Of a stretch of DNA of 64,000 bases, positions 1 to 8,500 are shown in pieces. A model generated the notes under the pieces. It did no database searches. It was not told where the DNA came from and was given only the letters and a program-made list of their open reading frames with translations. Source of the DNA: a virus. The position numbers were made by a program, and so were the translations under genes. Positions within the stretch are counted from its first letter, which is position 1. Each line of letters begins with the position of its first letter. The stretch is taken from IMG/VR virus record IMGVR_UViG_3300031722_000008, positions 64,001 to 128,000 of that record. One strand, given 5' to 3'.

Positions 1-2
1 GA

Positions 3-428
3 GTAACAGCAGTAGCAGGAACAATAACAACAGGAATTATAATGATGAACAGATTAAATAAAAATAATGAAGAATGGAGAGAAATTGTAATCAAAATAGA
101 AAATGAATTAAAAGAGAAATTAAGTGATAAAGATATATCAGTAAAGGAATTAAGTGAAACAATAACTAGAAAGGAAAAAGTAATAAGAAACAGAAATGAA
201 AAAATAAAACAACTAGAAGAAGATTTCAGAGATATAAATCATGAATTAGAAGAAGATTTAGAATTAAAGCATAGTACAATAGGTAGTTTAGAGAAGGAAG
301 TTAAAAAATTAGAAGATGAATTAGATGATTCAATGAAAATAATATTAGAAAGGAATAATGAAATAAAGGAATTAAAAGATAGTATAGAAGAAACAAAGAA
401 CATTAAAAATAATGAAGGGGATAAATAA
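3..428 (+). CDS. Membrane-anchored coiled-coil protein, 5' partial
   Basis: Frame is open from the window start (VTAVAGTITTGIIMMN...), so the ORF extends upstream of the track ATG at 42; hydrophobic stretch then long heptad coiled coil; ends at cassette hairpin. Confidence 0.75.
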   Translation, partial: VTAVAGTITTGIIMMNRLNKNNEEWREIVIKIENELKEKLSDKDISVKELSETITRKEKVIRNRNEKIKQLEEDFRDINHELEEDLELKHSTIGSLEKEVKKLEDELDDSMKIILERNNEIKELKDSIEETKNIKNNEGDK

Positions 429-432
429 AAAG

Positions 433-448
433 GAGGGCGAAAGCCCTC
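433..448. terminator. Cassette terminator hairpin GAGGGC-GAAA-GCCCTC, probably bidirectional
   Basis: 6-bp GC stem with GNRA loop, A-run before and AAAATCTTTT after; lies between convergent genes. Confidence 0.75.
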
Positions 449-457
449 AAAATCTTT

Positions 458-781
458 TTACATCTTTTCAAAAGCTTCATCAACTATATCACTAGCTGTC
501 TTTTGATTAGAAGCATATGCACCTCCAGCAGTTAATGCTCCAACACCTGCTCCTGTCCCAATCCTAGCTTTGTTTGTTGCTGACTTCGTAGCTTTCATAG
601 CTTTCTCTGCATTCATTCTTTGTTCTGTAGCTCTATCAACTATAGCTGAACTTTTTAAATCTCCAGTCATATGCCTACCTTGTAAATAAGCATGATTTTT
701 ACTTGTAGCTTCAAAAAGCCCCTCTGCCTCTTTTAATGATTTTCCATTGATTAAGTTCTTATAGGCGTTAAGTTTTCCCAT
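458..781 (-). CDS. Small Ala/Gly-rich protein, possible virion-internal protein
   Basis: AAGGAGG RBS; GTGAGVGALTAGG segment; C-terminal QKTASDIVDEAF resembles K-x-A-S motifs of the 1082-aa protein. Confidence 0.7.
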   Translation of the reverse strand: MGKLNAYKNLINGKSLKEAEGLFEATSKNHAYLQGRHMTGDLKSSAIVDRATEQRMNAEKAMKATKSATNKARIGTGAGVGALTAGGAYASNQKTASDIVDEAFEKM

Positions 782-814
782 ATTGATTCCTCCTTATTTT
801 TTGATCTATTCTTA

Positions 815-830
815 GTATAAGACATTAAAG
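815..830 (+). promoter_or_regulatory. Conserved phage promoter-like motif GTATAAGACATTAAAG
   Basis: One of 12 near-identical copies, all + strand and upstream of transcription units. Confidence 0.7.
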
Positions 831-855
831 AAAAATAAGAAAGAGAGTGATAAAA

Positions 856-1197
856 ATGAATGAACAAATATTAACATTAATAAACGAATTAGGAGAAGAA
901 AGAGCAATTAGAGCTTTAGATAGAGAAATTAAATTAATAAAGAGAATTGAGAAGAATAAGCAACAAGAAATAGAAGATAGTAAGAAAATAAAACATATAG
1001 ACTTAGAAAAGGCTAGAATAGAAGAACTAGATTTACCAGGAGCAATATATATGGGATTACTTAACATAAAAGTATTTAACGTAAAAGATTTAATTAAATA
1101 TACAAGAGAAGAATTATTGAAAGTAAAAAGGTTAACTGAATATAGAGTAAGTAAAATAGAAGAACAATTAAAGAAATTTGGATTGAAATTAAAGTAA
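856..1197 (+). CDS. Protein with C-terminal RNA polymerase alpha-CTD-like domain
   Basis: RIEELDLPGAIYMGLLNIKVFNVKDLIKYTREELLKVKRLTEYRVSKIEEQLKKFGLKLK follows the RpoA CTD pattern (IEELDL...L....EEL.KV..L......I...L...GL.L). Confidence 0.75.
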   Translation: MNEQILTLINELGEERAIRALDREIKLIKRIEKNKQQEIEDSKKIKHIDLEKARIEELDLPGAIYMGLLNIKVFNVKDLIKYTREELLKVKRLTEYRVSKIEEQLKKFGLKLK

Positions 1198-1198
1198 G

Positions 1199-1221
1199 AA
1201 TAAAGCGAGAGCCTTATTTTT
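1199..1221 (+). terminator. Weak intrinsic terminator
   Basis: AATAAAGC-GAGA-GCCTTATT plus T-run directly after stop. Confidence 0.45.
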
Positions 1222-1239
1222 ATTAGTTCTTTTTTCTTA

Positions 1240-1255
1240 GTATAAGACATTAAAG
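1240..1255 (+). promoter_or_regulatory. Conserved phage promoter-like motif
   Basis: GTATAAGACATTAAAG followed by leader AATAAAAGAAAGAGAGTGATAA. Confidence 0.7.
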
Positions 1256-1279
1256 AATAAAAGAAAGAGAGTGATAATT

Positions 1280-1450
1280 ATGAAAATAACAGATGGAATA
1301 GTGGCAGGAGCAGCAATAGGTTTAGGAATAGCAACAACAACAGTAATATTATTGGTAACAACAATAGGTATTGGAGCAGCAATGAAAGCAAATGAAGAAA
1401 AGATAAATGAGATAGCAGGCATAAACAAAAATGAAAGCGAGGTAAAATAA
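1280..1450 (+). CDS. Small membrane protein, 56 aa (not in ORF track)
   Basis: MKITDGIVAGAAIGLGIATTTVILLVTTIGIGAAMKANEEK...; directly after the cassette leader. Confidence 0.7.
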   Translation: MKITDGIVAGAAIGLGIATTTVILLVTTIGIGAAMKANEEKINEIAGINKNESEVK

Positions 1451-1451
1451 T

Positions 1452-1736
1452 ATGAAAAAAGGATTAGTAGGAGCAGTAATGATAACATTAGGATTAGGAG
1501 TGACAGCAGCAATAGCAAATAAAAGCATAGACAAGGAATTAAATGAAACAGATTTTAAGGAACAACCAATAAAAAAAGGTTTAAAGATTATGGGAAAGAA
1601 AGCAGCAGTAGTAGCAACAGAAATAATGGCAATAACAATGGGACTAGCAGTGATAATAACAGCAGTAGCAAAAGATGATGATGAAGATTTTAATGAAGAA
1701 TTAGAAGAAGAAAAAGTAGAAACAATAGAAGAGTAA
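1452..1736 (+). CDS. Small protein with two hydrophobic helices and acidic tail
   Basis: GAGG RBS, coupled to previous ORF; two TM-like segments. Confidence 0.75.
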   Translation: MKKGLVGAVMITLGLGVTAAIANKSIDKELNETDFKEQPIKKGLKIMGKKAAVVATEIMAITMGLAVIITAVAKDDDEDFNEELEEEKVETIEE

Positions 1737-1772
1737 AAAGAACAAAGTGGCGTAAAGTCACCTGTTCTTTTT
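1736..1772 (+). terminator. Intrinsic terminator
   Basis: AAAAGAACA..GTGGC-GTAAA-GTCAC.TGTTCTTTTT. Confidence 0.55.
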
Positions 1773-1806
1773 ACTTATATTTTAAATTTGAAAGGAAGTA
1801 ATTGAT

Positions 1807-2220
1807 ATGGAATATTCTGAAATGAAAAAGTTTTTAAAAGATAACAACACTACCGAGGAAGAAATGCAAGAGATGTGGGATTATTGTTTAGAAAGTGATC
1901 ACAAATTAATTGTTCAATTAGATAGGTGTGGAAAGTCATGGAGTGATATGAATACTCAAGCTTTATCAACATTAAGAACTGAATATGGGAAATTAAAACA
2001 CAAACTAAAGATTGGGTTTGTAGTGCCTGTATGGAGAAATAAGCCATTCGATGAATTTTCTGATGAAGAGTTATTAGAGTATTGGTTCAGATTAAGATTA
2101 GTAGCTAAAGTAAATGGGTGTGAAGTTATCACTAAAGATAGTTCCAGCGCAGATATGTATGTTGCTGAACTACAAAACCAAATATTAGGAAGAATGAGTA
2201 AAGATAAAGGAGCTGAATAG
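1807..2220 (+). CDS. Hypothetical protein
   Basis: AAAGGA RBS; ORF track. Confidence 0.65.
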   Translation: MEYSEMKKFLKDNNTTEEEMQEMWDYCLESDHKLIVQLDRCGKSWSDMNTQALSTLRTEYGKLKHKLKIGFVVPVWRNKPFDEFSDEELLEYWFRLRLVAKVNGCEVITKDSSSADMYVAELQNQILGRMSKDKGAE

Positions 2221-2223
2221 TAT

Positions 2224-2337
2224 ATGTTTATCTTGAGATTACTGTTTGTATATTTTGTAGTGTTCATTGCATATGCAGTTAAAGGAGTATTTTATGTTTT
2301 AAATACTCCTTTTCGCCTATTCAAAAATAATAGATAA
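2224..2337 (+). CDS. Small hydrophobic protein, 37 aa
   Basis: MFILRLLFVYFVVFIAYAVKGVFY...; AGGAG upstream; fills gap; contains a 12-bp hairpin. Confidence 0.4.
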   Translation: MFILRLLFVYFVVFIAYAVKGVFYVLNTPFRLFKNNR

Positions 2338-2351
2338 GAGGGAGAAGTGTT

Positions 2352-2540
2352 ATGAATAATATCGGATTAGTTAATAGATTAAACGATGCTAAGGGGCAAA
2401 TAGGAGCAGACAAAATAGTTCATGATTTAATGACTTTTTGTGATTCAGATTTTATAGAATTATTTGTAGAGTTCTTGGAAGAAGAAAATGAAATAAGTAC
2501 AAGTAAAGAGGGGGATAGTTATGGGAGAAAAAGTAATTAG
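2352..2540 (+). CDS. Hypothetical protein
   Basis: GGGAG RBS; packed operon. Confidence 0.6.
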   Translation: MNNIGLVNRLNDAKGQIGADKIVHDLMTFCDSDFIELFVEFLEEENEISTSKEGDSYGRKSN

Positions 2541-2841
2541 AAAATTTTCTCAAGATTCAGCAACATATTCAGGAAGAATGGCAATAGAAGAAAATGATTA
2601 TGAAGATGAGATAACCATTATGCTTTATGATGAGAAAACTAATCTCATTGGAGAAATTACAGTACAATGGGTGTTATCTGATGCCCAAGTAATACCTAAA
2701 ATGACTGTGTTTAACGATGCATGGAAAGCATTATCTAAGTGTTATGACTTAATAGGTTTACTAAGTCAACATGATAATGAGAAAACAAGTCCTGAACAGT
2801 TCCGTAAATATTTAATAGATCTTGGATTCGAAGAATCATAA
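2521..2841 (+). CDS. Hypothetical protein
   Basis: RBS; overlapping operon gene. Confidence 0.65.
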   Translation: MGEKVIRKFSQDSATYSGRMAIEENDYEDEITIMLYDEKTNLIGEITVQWVLSDAQVIPKMTVFNDAWKALSKCYDLIGLLSQHDNEKTSPEQFRKYLIDLGFEES

Positions 2842-2856
2842 GGAGGAGAGATAGTT

Positions 2857-3063
2857 ATGTTTAGGTATTCCATTAAGTATTTAAATCATTCAATTAAAAA
2901 TAAGAGATTGGGGTTAATAGCAGGTGTTCCAGATGAAAGTACTCGCAAAATAAAGTTATTTTGGGAGGAATCTCGCAAGGACAGACAATATAGATTAAGA
3001 AAATCTATAGGTAAAGATAAGTATGATAAAAAGCAAATAAGGAGAGATATGTTATGCAAATAA
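2857..3063 (+). CDS. Small basic hypothetical protein
   Basis: AGGAGG RBS. Confidence 0.6.
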   Translation: MFRYSIKYLNHSIKNKRLGLIAGVPDESTRKIKLFWEESRKDRQYRLRKSIGKDKYDKKQIRRDMLCK

Positions 3064-4382
3064 TATTAAGCAAACAAGAATATGACAAGCTATCAGAGGG
3101 TGGCAAGAATAATTTAATACCAGGAATTAAAGATATGAGAACTAAGGAGATAAAGAAAAAGAAGAAAGAAAGCCAATATGTAGTTACTCTTGATGGTAAT
3201 GATAGAGATGTTTTATATACACTTCAAACGTTATTAGCTGTTCAAGGAGCAAGAGATACTTTAGATACATTAACCAATTATACTAGCAAGATCAAGAGGA
3301 TAAACTTAGAGAATTTCAGTATTACCAAGCCATTGGAATTTATTGATTATACTGAAGGATGGAAAGACTCATTAGGTAATGACGATGAAGTTAAAGTTGT
3401 AACTGGGTTTTTTCATGATCCCAATCCATCGGATAATTCAGCGTATCAAGTAAAACTTGGATTACCTCGTAAATTTAGGCAAGGATTTTTAACGTCTAAC
3501 CCATTGGATCGTATGCATGATGATGAATTTCAGCAATTTTTGAAACGAGTAGGTATGTCAGATAGACCTAGAATTTCTGACATGCAAAATAAACAAGATG
3601 AAACCATAGAGCAATGGACAGCTAAACAAGTGTCCGAATCTATGATTCCTGAAATTCTTAGAAAAGAGGAGTTAGAGAGACTTCAAAGATTCATGTGTCC
3701 AGACAAGCATAGAGTACCTGATGTTGATTACTTTGATATGCCATTCCAATTTAGTAAAGATATTCAGATTGAAATGAATCAGCTCCTGAATCGATATCCT
3801 CGAACTTGTTGCGATTACATGAAAAATAAGAACGATGATGTCAAAATAATTTGGGAAAAAGATACTTTTATTAATAGGCACTGGATTGAACGTTCAGAAG
3901 TTATTTCAGAGAATCGCAGAGATTGGACAGTAACTGTCAACGGAAAATATACTATTGTTTTCTCCAGAAATATCAATATTACAAAAAGAGATTTAGAGAA
4001 TGAATTGGTTGAGTGCAAGACTATGGGTGAATTATATAAGATGTGGCTTGATAGAGATGGCAAAAAAAGAGATGAATCCACACTAACTAGTTACTTCGAT
4101 GATTCTTTGTTCGATGAGACCAAGCCAAACAAATATAATAAAGCTTGGGACAGAAATACAATCATCAACGAATATGAAGTGACAGGCGAACCCCATATCA
4201 CTAACAATAATAGTATATGGAAAATTATAGTAAATAAAAAATATGAAATCATATTGATGAGAAAAAATGATGAGACTAAGGAAAATCTAGAAAGAGCTAT
4301 TAGTACATGCTCTAAGTTTCAGGATTTACTTAGAGTTACTCGTACTGTATTCATGCCAGTTAATGAAATAAAGGAAAAATAG
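3054..4382 (+). CDS. Hypothetical protein with duplicated C-terminal ~55-aa domain
   Basis: WTVTVNGKYTIVFSR...LENELVECKT vs WKIIVNKKYEIILMR...LERAISTCSK. Confidence 0.75.
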   Translation: MQIILSKQEYDKLSEGGKNNLIPGIKDMRTKEIKKKKKESQYVVTLDGNDRDVLYTLQTLLAVQGARDTLDTLTNYTSKIKRINLENFSITKPLEFIDYTEGWKDSLGNDDEVKVVTGFFHDPNPSDNSAYQVKLGLPRKFRQGFLTSNPLDRMHDDEFQQFLKRVGMSDRPRISDMQNKQDETIEQWTAKQVSESMIPEILRKEELERLQRFMCPDKHRVPDVDYFDMPFQFSKDIQIEMNQLLNRYPRTCCDYMKNKNDDVKIIWEKDTFINRHWIERSEVISENRRDWTVTVNGKYTIVFSRNINITKRDLENELVECKTMGELYKMWLDRDGKKRDESTLTSYFDDSLFDETKPNKYNKAWDRNTIINEYEVTGEPHITNNNSIWKIIVNKKYEIILMRKNDETKENLERAISTCSKFQDLLRVTRTVFMPVNEIKEK

Positions 4383-4385
4383 AAT

Positions 4386-4401
4386 GAGGGCGAAAGCCCT
4401 C
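4386..4401 (+). terminator. Cassette terminator hairpin
   Basis: GAGGGCGAAAGCCCTC then AAAATCTTTGCT. Confidence 0.75.
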
Positions 4402-4421
4402 AAAATCTTTGCTATTTTCTT

Positions 4422-4437
4422 GTATAAGACATTAAAG
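4422..4437 (+). promoter_or_regulatory. Conserved phage promoter-like motif
   Basis: GTATAAGACATTAAAG plus cassette leader. Confidence 0.7.
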
Positions 4438-4461
4438 AATAAAAGAAAGAGAGTGATTAAT

Positions 4462-4677
4462 ATGAAAAAAGATAAAATGATAATTGGATATGTAGTAGGA
4501 GTAGTAGCGGTGATAACAGCACAAAAAGTAAGTGAACATATAATAAAAAATAAGACAAATGAAGGTGTAAAAGCAGTATTATATTTAGCAGTACATGCAG
4601 GGATAGGATTAGCAGCAGGATTAGTAATGAGAGCATTAGATACAAACAATAATGAAATTGAAGGCGAGGTAGAATAA
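4462..4677 (+). CDS. Small two-helix membrane protein
   Basis: Start moved to the ATG after the cassette leader (MKKDKMIIGYVVG); two hydrophobic segments. Confidence 0.7.
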   Translation: MKKDKMIIGYVVGVVAVITAQKVSEHIIKNKTNEGVKAVLYLAVHAGIGLAAGLVMRALDTNNNEIEGEVE

Positions 4678-4678
4678 T

Positions 4679-4816
4679 ATGAAAAAAGATATAATATTAG
4701 CAATAGGAATATCAGCAATAGTTGGGTTCGTAGCAGGAACAATAGTAACAATACAAGATGTAAGAGGTGATGTAGATAAATTAAGAGGAAAAATTAAAGA
4801 TTATGAAAATAAATAA
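4679..4816 (+). CDS. Small membrane-anchored protein, 45 aa (not in ORF track)
   Basis: MKKDIILAIGISAIVGFVAGTIVTIQDVRGDVDKLRGKIKDYENK; same GCGAGGTARAATAATATG junction as 1450/1452. Confidence 0.7.
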   Translation: MKKDIILAIGISAIVGFVAGTIVTIQDVRGDVDKLRGKIKDYENK

Positions 4817-4819
4817 AAA

Positions 4820-4835
4820 GAGGGCGAAAGCCCTC
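4820..4835 (+). terminator. Cassette terminator hairpin
   Basis: GAGGGCGAAAGCCCTC then AAAATCTTCGCT. Confidence 0.75.
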
Positions 4836-4855
4836 AAAATCTTCGCTTATTTATA

Positions 4856-4871
4856 GTATAAGACATTAAAG
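4856..4871 (+). promoter_or_regulatory. Conserved phage promoter-like motif
   Basis: GTATAAGACATTAAAG plus cassette leader. Confidence 0.7.
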
Positions 4872-4895
4872 AATAAAAGAAAGAGAGTGATAGAT

Positions 4896-5075
4896 ATGAG
4901 TAGATTAGAACAAATAAATGCAGAGATTAGTAGAATAGATAGTAAAGTTAAAGTGATAACAGAAAGACCGTTCAGAAGTGAAAAAGATGAAGAAAGTAGA
5001 GAATTAGCAGTAAATGGATTAATGGATGAAAGAGATGAATTATTTAAAGAAAAAACAAAATTAGAAGCAAAATAA
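4896..5075 (+). CDS. Small helical-hairpin/coiled-coil protein
   Basis: ATG after cassette leader; monocistronic cassette. Confidence 0.7.
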   Translation: MSRLEQINAEISRIDSKVKVITERPFRSEKDEESRELAVNGLMDERDELFKEKTKLEAK

Positions 5076-5080
5076 AAAAG

Positions 5081-5096
5081 GAGGGCGAAAGCCCTC
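5081..5096 (+). terminator. Cassette terminator hairpin
   Basis: GAGGGCGAAAGCCCTC then AAAATCTTTGCT. Confidence 0.75.
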
Positions 5097-5116
5097 AAAA
5101 TCTTTGCTATCTTGTG

Positions 5117-5132
5117 GTATAAGAAATTAAAG
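5117..5132 (+). promoter_or_regulatory. Conserved phage promoter-like motif (1 mismatch)
   Basis: GTATAAGAAATTAAAG; leader carries a short insertion. Confidence 0.65.
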
Positions 5133-5168
5133 AATACGTAATAAATAAAAAGAAAGAGAGTGATAAAT

Positions 5169-5525
5169 ATGAAAGATAAGATAATATTAGCAGTAGTAGC
5201 AGGGGTAACAGTATTAGGAGGAATAGTAGCAACAGCATTATTAATATCAAATACAAAAGCAAATAAAGAGCGAATGGAATTGGATAAGGCAACAGAAGAA
5301 TTAGATAGGTCAACAGAAGAATCAATAGATAGAGTAACTGAAATTATAGTTAAAGAAGTAGGAGTAGATGCATTAGATCAATGTAAAAATGAAATAGTAA
5401 GAAGTTATATTAAGAGCATAGCAAAAAATGATAGCAGGATACTAACAATTGAAGAGCAGAAAATAGTAGAAGATGAAATTACAAAATCAATAGACAGAAT
5501 GAAACAAAAATATAAAGCAATATAA
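5169..5525 (+). CDS. N-terminal TM anchor plus helical domain
   Basis: MKDKIILAVVAGVTVLGGIVATALLIS; cassette context. Confidence 0.75.
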   Translation: MKDKIILAVVAGVTVLGGIVATALLISNTKANKERMELDKATEELDRSTEESIDRVTEIIVKEVGVDALDQCKNEIVRSYIKSIAKNDSRILTIEEQKIVEDEITKSIDRMKQKYKAI

Positions 5526-5530
5526 AAAAG

Positions 5531-5546
5531 GAGGGCTTTCGCCCTC
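5531..5546. terminator. Cassette hairpin in inverted orientation (loop TTTC), probably bidirectional
   Basis: GAGGGCTTTCGCCCTC is the reverse complement of the cassette hairpin; between convergent genes. Confidence 0.7.
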
Positions 5547-5568
5547 AATATCTTTTTTTCTTTTATAT

Positions 5569-8500
5569 TTACATTGCACCGCCATTGTTTACGTTTGGTT
5601 GAGGTATTGTAGATAATGTGCCTGCTGCTCCATTCACATTTTTAACTGCTTTAGAAGCTGCATCAGTAGTTGCTCCGAACATTGTATCTGTCCCTGCTTC
5701 TTTTTCTTCTTTATCTTTATCTGATTTCTTGCTAAAGTCTAACTTATCTTTATCAATAGATTCATCTAAGCATTTAGCTATCTTATAGATGTTATCGATA
5801 GTTGCTACAGCACGATTAATATCATTCTTATCAACACCTGTATCGATATTGTGATAAGTTCCATTAACCTTGAGTGCAGTTAAATCATAAGCTATCTTTT
5901 CTAATACTGGTCTTGCAAGGCTTATATCAGATACAACTTCTTTGATGTTTGGATATAAATTATTGTTATCCTCAATTATAGTTGCAAGCTTTTCAGATAA
6001 ATTATATCCGATACCTAATATTCTAGCTACATCTAAGTATTCTTCTGACTCATGTGTTTGAGCATACTTTTCAAACTTAGGTGATAACTCTGCAGTTTCA
6101 TTAGCTAATTTACCTAGAATATTTCCAGCCTTAAATACAGCACCACCTGGTGTAGCCATATTAACAACAGATTTGGTAATCATAGCTCCCATAACTGTCG
6201 AAGCCAATGTCTTAGCAATATCTAGTGGGTTTACATATTTTTGAACAATATTCTTAACTGCTCGAGTAGATACATTTGTCATTGCTCCACCTTGAAGTTT
6301 TTGAATATCTTGTGCAGTACATTCAGCTGGTATTGGGTAACTAGCTCTTGGTTCATTCTTAGCTTTGTATATAATTTCATTTAGCTTATTTCCTTGGAAT
6401 CTAAGTATTCTAAGAACAGCACGAACTTTACCCTCTTTAATTCTATTGAAGTTTTGATTTCTTAGATTAAAGAATCTTTGATTAGTATCCTTATAATCAA
6501 CAAAGACGTTGTATATGCCTACTCTTCTATCAACACATTCAACAACTACAGTGTTAAGAGCAAAGGCAACCTTTTCTACATCATAACCTGCATCATGTAA
6601 TTGATTCTTTGTATCAAACTCATTTTGGTCCTTAAAGTTAGTTGTTATAATTCCAGCAATTTTAATTACTTTTGAATGAGGATCTGCAACAACTACTTCT
6701 TTTTGAGTTCTACCTGAATAACTCATTAGTGAATTGATGATATCTTCCGATAACCCTGATTCCTTTGCTTTCGCAGTTAAGAAATCTTCATGTGATACTT
6801 GTTCAAACTTGTGTTCATCTAGAGTATAGATATCTGTGCTGTCTGAGTTCACAGTCTTTCCACTAAATAAACTGTTTGTATATCCTGAATTGATTGGCTT
6901 ACAGTTATAGTAATAACCAACAGTACTTATCTTATTTTCTCCTATTGAATTTCCATAAGATAAATTACCTATAAATCCAATGTTTAATGGGATTGTAACC
7001 TTATCGCCATTAAGTGCAAAGAAGTTATCATTATTTTGTAGAGCCCTAAGTTCTGTAGTTACAAGTTTGAAAGCTGAATCTACTTTCTTACATAAGAATG
7101 CATCTTTTTCTAAGATTTTAATTCTTCCATCGTTCGCACATACAAACTTAAACCCAGCAGTTTTTCCACTCATGAATGATGTATCAAGGTTAGATAAAAC
7201 TATTCCTGGTGTCATAGAAACTTGACCATCTTTTATTTCAGGGAATACAATAAATGTTCCATGATCGAAATGTCTTGCATCTTCAAATTTAAACTTGACC
7301 ATTTTTTCAGCATTGTCCAGGTCTTTTCTAGTAGGTGTTTGCTTTTCTTCATCAGCTGCTAATTTTTCAAGTTCATCTCTAGTATTCATGGCTGCTCTTT
7401 TATTTAAAACAAATGCAATAGTATTCATTTCTTCTTCTGTCATAGGTTTTAAACTGGCAACTTTTTCCATGATTGCATTTAAATCAGTAACGACGAAAGT
7501 TTCACCTGCATGTTTCTTGAATTGATTTCTAAGAGAGCCTAATTCTTCTAAGCCTTCGTTAGAGTGTGGTTTCTTTGTGAAATTACCAAATATTGCCTTG
7601 AAGTTATTTTTACCATCCTCAACGAAACGCTTCATGTGATCACTAGCTTCTTTATCTATATTTCCATTATCAAGTTTCATTCCGGATTCTCTTAGTATTG
7701 TTTTGACTGCATCTTCCCCATCCATTGGTGCTGGTACTGTTGACTTTTCTCTTTCAACATCTTGAAGTGCCTTATCGAATCCATCAGCTAAATCTTTTCT
7801 ATGAGAACTCCAACCAAGTCCCATAGCATCATATTCATCAGCAGATTTTTCTAATAATCCAGCTGGTGTAGGATTAGAGTTACCAATAAATTCTATTTCA
7901 CCTAACATATTTTCTGATGCAGTCTTATCTGTACCATCAGCTAAATCTTTCTTTAGATTTTCATAAAACTCATGAGTTGAAGATTTCTTTTCAGCTTTAT
8001 TTTTTGCTTGGCATTGTTCATGGAACTCTGCTTCTTTAATTAAATCGTCCAAGGTTTCGCTTGCTGACTTCAATTGAGAATGAGTATCGAATGATAAATC
8101 TCCATCTTTATTGAGAACACTTATCATTTGGTCAGTTGTTAAATCTTGGATATTCTTTTCACTGTAGTTACTAGCAGTCTTCTCTAGTTCTGTGAACTCT
8201 GATGACGCAGTGACGTATCTGCCTGACCCTGGAGTGTAACTTTGAGAATCTCTAATAGACAGCACATCTCCCATGAATCCGGGTGCTGTTGATGGATTGG
8301 TATAATCTGCCAATCCTTGGTATGGTGAGCCATCGCTTTCGCCTGACTGTTCTTTCTCAAGCTGTCTGTCTAGGTTGATTATAATTTTTTGCAGATTTTC
8401 CCTAGAATATGGAACTCTTTGGTTGTCCATTTGAATGACATCAAAAGGCTCTAAATCACCTCCATGAATCATAAAGGGAAGTTCCACTATTTTGCTTCTA

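Noticed and set aside
815-830. Motif as a sporulation sigma (sigma-F/G/E) promoter because of GTATA and CAT..A
   Set aside because: The two elements are 3 bp apart instead of about 14-18 bp.
4384-4461. N-terminal extensions in the ORF track (4384, 8904, 18342, 33079, 31832)
   Set aside because: They run through terminator or promoter sequence or the upstream gene; downstream starts have proper RBSs.
825-5325. Minus-strand Leu/Phe-rich ORFs (825-1250, 1237-1518, 4326-4751, 4847-5098, 5107-5325) and similar antisense ORFs throughout
   Set aside because: Shadows of A-rich + strand genes; no RBS, and their shared C-termini merely translate the repeated leader backwards.
425-5560. CRISPR array suggested by the recurring repeats
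   Set aside because: The intervening sequences are whole genes of variable length, not 30-40-nt spacers, and no cas genes are present.
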